From: an uncultured Candidatus Bathyarchaeia archaeon
GTDB lineage: Archaea; Thermoproteota; Bathyarchaeia; Bathyarchaeales; DTEX01
Direction: 5' to 3'
Assembly: GCA_964398235.1 (NCBI GenBank)
Contig: CAYNMB010000001.1
Location: 1 to 35,662 of the forward strand
DNA length: 35,662 nucleotides
In this document: positions 26,823 to 34,599 of the stretch, piece after piece
How positions within the stretch are numbered: the stretch's first letter is position 1
Layout of the letters: every line of letters begins with the position of its first letter
The notes under the pieces: model-generated
What the model was told of the DNA's origin: nothing
The model's database searches: none
What the model saw: only the letters and a program-made list of their open reading frames with translations
Translations under genes and position numbers: made by a program

Positions 26823-27509
26823 ATGTTGCTTAGGAATAGAGAATTTGGTGAAATAACTGATTCATGGAACCCTATAGTTGGCTGTTTGCATGGTTGTAGT
26901 TATTGCTGGGCTAGAAATTATGCTAAAAAACTTGCGGCCATGGGTGTTGAACCCTATAAGACGCATTTTTTTGAGCCGTTTTTCGCTGAGTGGAGACTTA
27001 AAAAAAGTTTTCGTGCTGGAAGCTTTATTTTCGTATCTGACATGGGTGACATGTGGGGCGACTGGGTTCCCTCTGACTGGATCGAGAAAGTTTTAAGGGT
27101 TGTTAGATCTAAATTTAGAACGAAATTCTTCTTTTTGACAAAGAATCCTAGACGTTATTTTGAGTTTGAGAATAAATTTAGCGATAATATGGTTCTTGGC
27201 GTAACCCTAGAAACTAACAGGGACTATAAGTTAACGAGGGCGCCATCTCCTGCAGAAAGATATGAAGCCTTCCGAAAACTCAACTGGAAACATAAAGCTA
27301 TAGTTATAGAACCCATACTTGATTTTGATGAACTCTTCATAGACTGGATTTACGAGTTATCACCGAAAATCGTCTATGTTGGATATGATAACTATGGCAA
27401 TAAACTGCCAGAACCAAAATTAGCAAAAACGCAAATACTCCTAGAAGCATTGAAAGAAATAACGGATCTAAGAATCAAAACCATAAGAAAAGCATGGTAT
27501 GAAACCTAA
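26823..27509 (+). CDS. DUF5131 (phage Gp37/Gp68) family protein with an N-terminal CX3CX2C motif
   Basis: SWNPIVGCLHGCSYCWARNYA, IFVSDMGDMWGDWVP and FFFLTKNPRRY parallel the family blocks as I remember them (TWNPxxGC...GCxxCYA; FVxSMSDxF; LTKRPxR). The cysteine spacing here matches the radical-SAM CX3CX2C signature. Confidence 0.6.
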   Translation: MLLRNREFGEITDSWNPIVGCLHGCSYCWARNYAKKLAAMGVEPYKTHFFEPFFAEWRLKKSFRAGSFIFVSDMGDMWGDWVPSDWIEKVLRVVRSKFRTKFFFLTKNPRRYFEFENKFSDNMVLGVTLETNRDYKLTRAPSPAERYEAFRKLNWKHKAIVIEPILDFDELFIDWIYELSPKIVYVGYDNYGNKLPEPKLAKTQILLEALKEITDLRIKTIRKAWYET

Positions 27510-27714
27510 TATTCCACGTTTCAGAATCGATTCTGCTTCAGTCAGACAATATGTAGACTTGCTACACATTTGTTGCCCCAGTCTCTATAACTATCTCTCC
27601 ATTTCCTATTTTGAAGCTAGTAAATTAGTCTAAAGATCTCTAACATCGTGGTAGATAACTACTTTCATATCAATTACGCAAATTCCCTGAAATTAGAAAC
27701 TCAAGTATATATGC

Positions 27715-28515
27715 ATGTTTAAAATAATTTCATTTATGAGGTGGATTGAGCTACGTAGGGAACTTAAAGGCAAATTGTTTCTTTCTTCGATGATGCATTA
27801 TACGGATGGTAGATTTTGTTCTGAGCGTGGTTTAGGTTCGGCTATGGTTCAGCTTGGCGCCTATCTGGCCGAGCCTCCAGCCTATAATGTTTTGGAGCGT
27901 GGTTGGATTCTTCCCCCTAAAAAGGAGGACTGCATAAATTTTCTTCGCAAAGAAATAGAGGCAATTAGATCCAAACTTAGAGAAGTTAAGGTTTGCTTAA
28001 ATTTGGCGACTCCAAAGCTTGAGTGGGGATTGAAGGCTGCGGAATGTTTCAAAGAAGCTGGCGGCGATATATTGGAACTTAATTTTCACGGTGGATATAA
28101 GCGATATTTAGAAATGGGTAAGCTTAGAGCAATGGTTCTCCCAGAAAATAGGAATGAGCTATATAAATGGCTTGAAAGCTTCTCGACGATTGACTTTCCA
28201 GTAATAGCGAAGTTTCGGCTTGGAGTTATAGCAGACTACACGCCAATTTTAGATTTTATAGATTCACTGGATTTATTTGGAGTGCACTTTAATATTAGAG
28301 ATGAACCTTCCAAAAGGCCGAATTTTGAATTTATCAAGCAGATAAGAAAATATAGGTTCTTCATTCTGGCTAGTGGATATGTTAGATCTGTAATGGATGT
28401 TAAAATGTTGTTTGAGGCTGGAGCGGACATGGTTGGTCTAGCAGAACCAACCATAAATAATCCTAGCCTCATAGCGGAAATAGCCGATTCCCTAGATCAG
28501 AACATAAGGAAATGA
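27715..28515 (+). CDS. Dus-like (dihydrouridine synthase / FMN oxidoreductase-fold) TIM-barrel protein, divergent
   Basis: SSMMHYTDGRFCSERGLGSAMVQLGAY parallels the Dus N-terminal block (APMxxxTDxxFR...). The remainder alternates beta and alpha elements. ELNFHGG sits where Dus has the DxNxGCP catalytic-Cys motif. An alternative leaderless start is ATG 27736, about 25 nt after GTATATAT. Confidence 0.4.
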   Translation: MFKIISFMRWIELRRELKGKLFLSSMMHYTDGRFCSERGLGSAMVQLGAYLAEPPAYNVLERGWILPPKKEDCINFLRKEIEAIRSKLREVKVCLNLATPKLEWGLKAAECFKEAGGDILELNFHGGYKRYLEMGKLRAMVLPENRNELYKWLESFSTIDFPVIAKFRLGVIADYTPILDFIDSLDLFGVHFNIRDEPSKRPNFEFIKQIRKYRFFILASGYVRSVMDVKMLFEAGADMVGLAEPTINNPSLIAEIADSLDQNIRK

Positions 28516-28588
28516 TAAAAAGGCTAAATGAAGCGCGCCAAATATTTTTAAACTCTTAGTACAAAGAATAAGGATTGAGGTGCATATT

Positions 28589-28735
28589 ATGAAGCTCGTG
28601 ACAGTTTTACTTCCAGAAGCATATCTTGAAGGTTTAGATGAGTTAGTTAGGCAGAACATGTATCCAAGTAGGAGCGCCGCGATAAGGGCGGCTGTTAGAG
28701 ACCTATTGAAAAGGGAGCTGTGGTCTAGGCAGTAA
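28589..28735 (+). CDS. Second small ribbon-helix-helix protein, paralog of the ftsZ-linked RHH; absent from the ORF track
   Basis: My translation is MKLVTVLLPEAYLEGLDELVRQNMYPSRSAAIRAAVRDLLKRELWSRQ* (48 aa). By my hand alignment, 30 of 48 positions are identical to the 18963-19130 product. GAGGTG lies 6 nt upstream of the ATG. The 97-aa track ORF on the opposite strand is its antisense shadow. Confidence 0.75.
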   Translation: MKLVTVLLPEAYLEGLDELVRQNMYPSRSAAIRAAVRDLLKRELWSRQ

Positions 28736-28772
28736 CGTTTAATATGTTGATGCTGAATCAAAAATTTATTGT

Positions 28773-28846
28773 GCAGCTGACCCATGAAGAAGCCCGTTGC
28801 TGAGGAATAATTGATGACCGTAGGACGGACATCTAAGGTCAGCTGC
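28773..28846. repeat. Perfect 10-bp inverted repeat (GCAGCTGACC ... GGTCAGCTGC) enclosing 54 nt, between convergent genes
   Basis: The repeat is read directly from the sequence. On the plus strand the interior carries box-like elements in the order AUGAAGA, CUGA, UGAUGA, CUAA, plus a small hairpin CCGT-AGG-ACGG. It abuts the pyrF stop codon. Confidence 0.6.
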
Positions 28847-29596
28847 CTAGACTTTACTTAAAACCTTGTTTGCTAGGTTTCGTATTACTTTTGCAGCCTC
28901 CGCTGGATTTTCCGCCTCAATTATAGATCTTCCAATAATTAAATAATGTGCGCCAGCTAAGAGGGCTTTTTCTATTTTTCCGCCCTGCACGCCTATTCCT
29001 GGAGAATATATGGGAACTTTTGTCCCTAGAATAGAGTATATCTCTCTTATCTTTTCTGGATACGTTGCACCGACAATTACTCCATCAGCCCCCCACTTTA
29101 ATGCCTTTTCCGCGAATATTTCATATTGAGGCTTAATTTTCCCCGTTTTTTCATCGTAAACTTTTTGGCCATAACCTTCCCAAGAAGCTCTATGACTCAT
29201 ATATGTGAGGAGTATAACTCCCTTTAACATTTTTCTCGCAACTTCAAAAATCGGCTGAAGTCCATCCTCCCAACCGACGAATGGATTGGCTATTATGGCG
29301 TCGAATCCAGCTTTATAATAGTTTTCGGCTATTACTCGATTCGTGTTTCCAATATCGTTTGCTTTACAATCCATTATTGTTGGTAAACCTAGCTCATGCG
29401 CTCTCTCTAAAATCTTTTTAACGCCATTAAATAGCCCCAAAGGAAGAACCAGATGATGATTAATTTTTAGGGCGCAAATATACTCATTCGTAGACTCAAG
29501 AATATTCATGCTCCTGGCAAAGAGGTTTTTTCCATCATCTATGACATCAAGCGCTAAAACTATTCTAGAATCTTTCCTCTTTTCGGATTCTTTCAT
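28847..29596 (-). CDS. pyrF: Orotidine 5'-phosphate decarboxylase
   Basis: Motifs are IVLALDV, KINHHLV, MDCKANDIGNT (the DxKxxDIxxT motif) and IIGRSI. I prefer ATG 29596 (MKESEKRK). The GTG at 29650 is the ORF-track alternative and would overlap the upstream gene by 29 nt. Confidence 0.88.
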   Translation of the reverse strand: MKESEKRKDSRIVLALDVIDDGKNLFARSMNILESTNEYICALKINHHLVLPLGLFNGVKKILERAHELGLPTIMDCKANDIGNTNRVIAENYYKAGFDAIIANPFVGWEDGLQPIFEVARKMLKGVILLTYMSHRASWEGYGQKVYDEKTGKIKPQYEIFAEKALKWGADGVIVGATYPEKIREIYSILGTKVPIYSPGIGVQGGKIEKALLAGAHYLIIGRSIIEAENPAEAAKVIRNLANKVLSKV

Positions 29597-29621
29597 AATG
29601 GACCTAAAATGAGAAGAACCA

Positions 29622-30290
29622 TCAATTTTCAAGAGCGACAACACCTCCACAAAACTCTCTTACTAACCTAATAGTAATATCTCTTGCTTCCTGAAGTTTA
29701 TCTAAACTTATGTCAGGCACACCGCAGAATATTAGGAGCGCATTATACGTATCTTCCGTTATCTTTGTACGCTCAGAATCCCTGTATGGGTAAATAGCGA
29801 TAATCCCCTCATTATCGGAGATTACAATTTCTCCTCCCTTTAAACTCATAGGCTCCTTCATGCCGATACCATAAAACTTTTCACCCTTAACGGCGTAGCG
29901 TAGAACCGGTTTTCCAAATATTTTATCAACATCAAATGATGCTATGGGAACCTCAGACTTTATTGATGCTAGATTAAGAGAATCAACAAACGTGTTAATC
30001 CTAGGTAAACCACTGCCTGAAAGAATTCTCCTTATTAAGGCTTCAGCAGCTGGCCTACGCTTTGTTGGATCAATTCCAATTTTCCAGAAAAAGTTACGAT
30101 ATAACCTTATAGTTGGCAGATCCTTCAAAGAAGTAATGTTATATTTATCTTTTACTTCGTTAATGACTTTCATTTTAAGAGATTCGAGACGCGCATCTTT
30201 TTTCTTAATTTCTAATCCTTTAATAAGCGCTGTCAAAATTAGAAGGTTTGGAAAATCTTCTTTTATCTTCGCATCCACTCTTACATGCAT
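29622..30290 (-). CDS. Stand-alone B3/B4 (PheRS-beta-like) tRNA-binding domain protein
   Basis: YRNFFWKIGIDPTKRRPAAEALIRRILSGSGLPRINTFVDSLNLASIKSEVPIASFDVDKI follows the B3_4 domain pattern (G.DP...RPS.EAL.RR......P.IN..VD..N). Confidence 0.65.
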   Translation of the reverse strand: MHVRVDAKIKEDFPNLLILTALIKGLEIKKKDARLESLKMKVINEVKDKYNITSLKDLPTIRLYRNFFWKIGIDPTKRRPAAEALIRRILSGSGLPRINTFVDSLNLASIKSEVPIASFDVDKIFGKPVLRYAVKGEKFYGIGMKEPMSLKGGEIVISDNEGIIAIYPYRDSERTKITEDTYNALLIFCGVPDISLDKLQEARDITIRLVREFCGGVVALEN

Positions 30291-30425
30291 GTTTTAAGCC
30301 CCAGAAATTATACTTGATGCATAGAATGTTAAATTCATTACCCTTAGATACTATGCCTTCTAAGTATGCGGAAAGAGTATAAAATATAAACTGGTCAGAA
30401 ATATATGCATAATGGATGATGCTCC

Positions 30426-30884
30426 ATGTCTCTTGATGAGTATTTAAGGAAGAGAGATTTCAGCAAAACCCCCGAACCTCTTAGTGAAAAAAAGGCTAAT
30501 GCTGAGAAGAAAAGAGAGGGAAGAATCTATGTTATTCAGAAGCATCATGCAAGCCATTTACATTATGACCTCAGGCTAGAAAAGGATGGTGTTTTAAAGA
30601 GCTGGGCTGTGCCGAAGGAGCCGCCTGCAGTTAAAGGCATTAAGAGACTGGCTGTGCAAACTGAAGATCATCCAATTGAATATGCTGATTTCGAGGGAGT
30701 TATCCCTGAAGGTCAATATGGTGCTGGAACGGTTGAAATATGGGATAAGGGAACATTTGATGAGGAAAAGTGGGATGAGGATAAAATAGTAATTCATTTA
30801 CATGGTAAAAAACTTAGTGGGCGATATTGCCTTATTAGGTTTAAAAAACAAAAAAATGGCTGGTTATTCTTCAAAATCTCTTAA
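30426..30884 (+). CDS. Stand-alone LigD-type 3'-phosphoesterase (PE) domain protein
   Basis: [65 protein letters not shown] and VEIWDKGTF are the conserved LigD PE blocks. Confidence 0.85.
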   Translation: MSLDEYLRKRDFSKTPEPLSEKKANAEKKREGRIYVIQKHHASHLHYDLRLEKDGVLKSWAVPKEPPAVKGIKRLAVQTEDHPIEYADFEGVIPEGQYGAGTVEIWDKGTFDEEKWDEDKIVIHLHGKKLSGRYCLIRFKKQKNGWLFFKIS

Positions 30885-30988
30885 ACCACTATTCTTCTCA
30901 CAATCTTTTTAACATAACAAGGGAATTTTTAAGTAAATGATCTTCTACAAAAAATTGTTCTACAAATGAGGGGCGGATTGCAAGAATT

Positions 30989-32926
30989 ATGAAGACTTCC
31001 GAAGTAATCTTCCAGCCTGAAGGAAAACGAGTGACTGTTCCTTTTGGAAGTACTATTTTGGAAGCCGCAAAGTCTGCTGGCGTAGATTTAATATCAATTT
31101 GCGGCGGTAGAGGAATTTGCGGAAAATGTAAAGTTATAGTTGAGGGGGGAGAAGTAAGCCCATTAACTCAAATTGAGAGAAAACTGCTTTCAGAGCTTGA
31201 GAGATCTATGGGCTATAGACTTGCATGTCAAACATCAATCCTCAGTCAAGTTCTTGTCATTAAAATCCCGGAGGAGAGTAGAACCGGTAAACAAAGGCTT
31301 CAAGTAGAGGGTATAGAGACGCCGGTGAAAATTGAACCGTTGGTCAAGAAATATTTTGTTAAGATAAAGAAACCATCGCTTCAGGATATACGATCTGATT
31401 TTGACAGATTGGTGGAAGAATTAAAGAGGACGTACGGACTAGAAGGATTAAAGATCACATATGATGTTCTCCGAAGATTGCCACTCATCCTTAGGGAAAG
31501 CGATTGGGAAGTCACTGTTGTCATATGGAACGAAGACACTATAATAGATTTAGAGATGGGAAACTCGGTTAACAGAATTTTTGGATATGCAGTTGATATA
31601 GGTACAACTAAAATTGCTGGTTACTTATTGGACTTGAATTCCGGAAAGGTTTTGGCAGTTGATTCTCTAATGAATCCTCAAATACCCTATGGTGAAGATG
31701 TTATTTCAAGAATAACCTACGTATCCAACAATCCCGATGGATTAAATGAGCTTCAACGAACCGTCGTTGACGGAGTAAACCAGATTCTTAAAACGCTTCT
31801 TGAAAAAACAGGTGTGAATCAAAGAGAAGTTTATGAAATGACTGTTGTTGGAAACACTGCTATGCATCATTTATTTTTGGGGATAAACCCAAAGTATGTG
31901 GCCTTAGCGCCTTATCCGCCGGTCATAAAAAATGGGGTGAACGTTAAAGCAAGAGAAATCGGAGCAGATATTAATCCAAACGGTAATGTGCATGTTCTTC
32001 CTGTGATAGGCGGCTTTGTTGGAGCTGATGCTGTTGCAGTAATTTTGGCTACTGAAATCTATAGAAGAAAGGAGCTCTGTATGGCTATAGATATCGGAAC
32101 AAATACTGAAGTTGTTTTAGGTAATAAAAATGAGATTTTAGCCTCTTCATGTGCCTCTGGACCCGCCTTCGAAGGAGCGCATATAAAATATGGTATGAGA
32201 GCCGCAACTGGAGCCATTGAGAGGATAAAGATAGACCCCTATACGCTTGAAGTTCAGTATGAGACTATAGATAATGTTAAACCACGCGGCATATGTGGTT
32301 CAGCAATGGTTGATGTTGTAGCTGAAATGTTAAAGTCTGGTATAATAGATGTTTCCGGAAGATTTAACAAGAATATTTCTTCTCCAAGGCTTCGTTTTAC
32401 TAAAAGTGGAGCTGAATTTGTTTTAGCATGGAAAAATGAAACTGCAATCAATGATGATATAGTTGTAACCCAAAGGGATATAAGAGAGATTCAATTAGCT
32501 AAGGCTGCCATACATACCGGGTGTGCCTTGCTGATGAAAAAAATGGGTGTAACGGAACAGGACATAGATTTAATGTTTATAGCTGGAGCCTTTGGTTCAT
32601 ATATAAATCCAGAGAATGCGCGAATCATAGGAATGTATCCTGAGATACCGCTAAATAGGGTGCGTATCGTTGGTAATGCAGCTGGAACTGGAGCAAGGAT
32701 GGCTTTAATCTCAAAATCATTCAGGGAGAAAGCTGAGAAAATAGCGAGGAAAGTCAACTATATTGAGCTTGGGGCTGAACAGGATTTTCAAGCAGAATTC
32801 TTTAATTCTCAATTTATACCCTATGCTGATTTAACTAGGTATCCAGAAACTATTAAGTTGTTAAAAAGATTAGGTAAGTATCCGAAGAAGCTTCCACCCG
32901 TCTTCATGTCTAATAAGAATCGCTAA
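30989..32926 (+). CDS. [2Fe-2S] ferredoxin / ASKHA-ATPase (DUF4445) fusion, RACo-like reductive activator of corrinoid proteins
   Basis: The N-terminal plant-type ferredoxin motif is CGGRGICGKCKV...C. The C-terminal actin/HSP70-like ATPase blocks are AVDIGTTK, AIDIGTNTE and FIAGAFG. Confidence 0.8.
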   Translation: MKTSEVIFQPEGKRVTVPFGSTILEAAKSAGVDLISICGGRGICGKCKVIVEGGEVSPLTQIERKLLSELERSMGYRLACQTSILSQVLVIKIPEESRTGKQRLQVEGIETPVKIEPLVKKYFVKIKKPSLQDIRSDFDRLVEELKRTYGLEGLKITYDVLRRLPLILRESDWEVTVVIWNEDTIIDLEMGNSVNRIFGYAVDIGTTKIAGYLLDLNSGKVLAVDSLMNPQIPYGEDVISRITYVSNNPDGLNELQRTVVDGVNQILKTLLEKTGVNQREVYEMTVVGNTAMHHLFLGINPKYVALAPYPPVIKNGVNVKAREIGADINPNGNVHVLPVIGGFVGADAVAVILATEIYRRKELCMAIDIGTNTEVVLGNKNEILASSCASGPAFEGAHIKYGMRAATGAIERIKIDPYTLEVQYETIDNVKPRGICGSAMVDVVAEMLKSGIIDVSGRFNKNISSPRLRFTKSGAEFVLAWKNETAINDDIVVTQRDIREIQLAKAAIHTGCALLMKKMGVTEQDIDLMFIAGAFGSYINPENARIIGMYPEIPLNRVRIVGNAAGTGARMALISKSFREKAEKIARKVNYIELGAEQDFQAEFFNSQFIPYADLTRYPETIKLLKRLGKYPKKLPPVFMSNKNR

Positions 32927-32982
32927 AACATGTTTCATTTATGATGAAATCATAATGCTATTAAGGATTCTTTGAGCTACGC

Positions 32983-34491
32983 TTATTTTGCCGCAGTTAT
33001 GCCATACTCCTTATAGTATTTTTCAAATAATTCTTCTCTAAGATTCTTTAATTTCTCACTTATCTTAACTGGATAAGCTTCGCTTCCTCTAATCCTCTTA
33101 TATTTTTCCGGTAAGGCTGACAATTGTTCCATACAATATTTTCTGATTTCCTTTAAATTCGGGAAATCGTAAACTATTTCACCTTTGATCATTATGGGAA
33201 TGAGCAATGGTTTAGCGCCTTCAATCTTCTCATCCCACAATGTAATTATGTCTTCAACAAACATGTTATCTTCGATTCTTCTCCAAACCTGTTTTTTGCC
33301 CGGTAATGTCGCCTTTCCAATACTGCTTGTAAATTTAGTTGCAGGAATCATTTTTCCATTTTCATCGCTTGTTTCAGCAAGTTTAAATATTCCATCTAAA
33401 GCTGAAACTCCGCCTTCTTTGGTGAGCGAATCATAGTTTGCGCCAGTTATCAATTTTGTTCCAACTCCAAACCCATCTACGGGCGCACCTTTAGAGAGCA
33501 TGTCCTCTATGACAAATTCGTCAAGCTTATCGCTTGCAATTATCTTCACATCGGTTAGTCCTGCTTCATCAAGCATCTTACGCGCTATTTTACTTAACTC
33601 AACAGGATCTCCGCTGTCAAGTCTGATTCCAGCTAGTTTATAGCCCCTCTTTTTCATTTCTAAGCCAACTTTTATGGCGTTTTTGATGCCTTCAATGGTT
33701 TCATAAGTGTCTACTAGGAGCACGGTTTTATGGGGGAAGCTTTCCGCATATTCTCTAAAGGCTTTTAGCTCTGTTTCCTTAAAGGATTTTTCACTTCTGT
33801 ATCTCTCCTCAATGAATTTATGTGGTATGGTTCCAACGAACGGTATATCCCATTTCATTGCAGCTATGACAAGTGACGTTCCATCGGCTCCGCCAATATA
33901 TGCTGCCCTAGCGCCTAAAACAGCAGCATCTCTTCCATGAGCTCTCCTAGCGCCAAAGTCAACTACGGTTTTTGGCGAATAAATTATGTTTTTACCTTTA
34001 GCCGCGTAAACTATTCGTGATGTTTTTGTTGCTATCAGGCTTTCAAAGTTCATTACATTAAGCAGATAAGTCTCAAAAAGCTGAACATCTATTGATGGCC
34101 CCGTAATATTTATTATTGGTTCATTTGGAAAAACTAGGGTTCCCTCTGGAACAGCATATATGTCGCCTTTAAACTGGAACTCCTCTAGATAATCTAAAAA
34201 CTCTTTACTAAGATCCTTTCCAGCAACTCTCTCAAGCCATTCACGATGTTTCTTACTTAAACCACGGTTCAATATTTCAATATAGCTTATAAATTGTTCT
34301 AAGCCGGCTGCAATAATATAGGAGCCCAAATGTTTCGGGATTTCTCGGAAGAAATATGTCTCAGTTATAATATTGTTTACTCCATGATCAAAATTGCATT
34401 TTCCAGAGGTTAATTCATAGTAATCGATAAAGAGAAATAGGTCTTCCTCCGTTAATAGTCCGGTTTCAAGTTGTTTCAAGATTTTCGCCAC
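32983..34491 (-). CDS. pncB: Nicotinate phosphoribosyltransferase family protein
   Basis: IDYYELT (the TDxYxxT-like N-terminal block), FGARRAHG, LLVDTYETIEG and GIRLDSGD are NAPRTase family blocks. The start is GTG. The substrate (nicotinate or nicotinamide) cannot be decided by eye. Confidence 0.8.
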   Translation of the reverse strand: MAKILKQLETGLLTEEDLFLFIDYYELTSGKCNFDHGVNNIITETYFFREIPKHLGSYIIAAGLEQFISYIEILNRGLSKKHREWLERVAGKDLSKEFLDYLEEFQFKGDIYAVPEGTLVFPNEPIINITGPSIDVQLFETYLLNVMNFESLIATKTSRIVYAAKGKNIIYSPKTVVDFGARRAHGRDAAVLGARAAYIGGADGTSLVIAAMKWDIPFVGTIPHKFIEERYRSEKSFKETELKAFREYAESFPHKTVLLVDTYETIEGIKNAIKVGLEMKKRGYKLAGIRLDSGDPVELSKIARKMLDEAGLTDVKIIASDKLDEFVIEDMLSKGAPVDGFGVGTKLITGANYDSLTKEGGVSALDGIFKLAETSDENGKMIPATKFTSSIGKATLPGKKQVWRRIEDNMFVEDIITLWDEKIEGAKPLLIPIMIKGEIVYDFPNLKEIRKYCMEQLSALPEKYKRIRGSEAYPVKISEKLKNLREELFEKYYKEYGITAAK

Positions 34492-34599
34492 CTTCTACGA
34501 TTGCTGAATATTCAAAGTTAAAAAAATGGATTGATATATTTAATCTAAGCGCTGCTACTGATTACTAAAATAAAATGGAGGTGTTTCAGGAGAGATTGT

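Noticed and set aside
27522-27535. A perfect 14-nt palindrome CAGAATCGATTCTG just after the DUF5131 stop codon.
   Set aside because: It has no loop nucleotides, occurs once and is not followed by a T-tract. I could not support a terminator or operator call beyond noting it.
28492-28785. The 97-aa minus-strand ORF in the track, between the TIM-barrel gene and pyrF.
   Set aside because: It is exactly antisense to a 48-aa RHH ORF that has a strong SD and a close paralog at 18963-19130. Its own product is low-complexity, hydrophobic and unlike a real protein.
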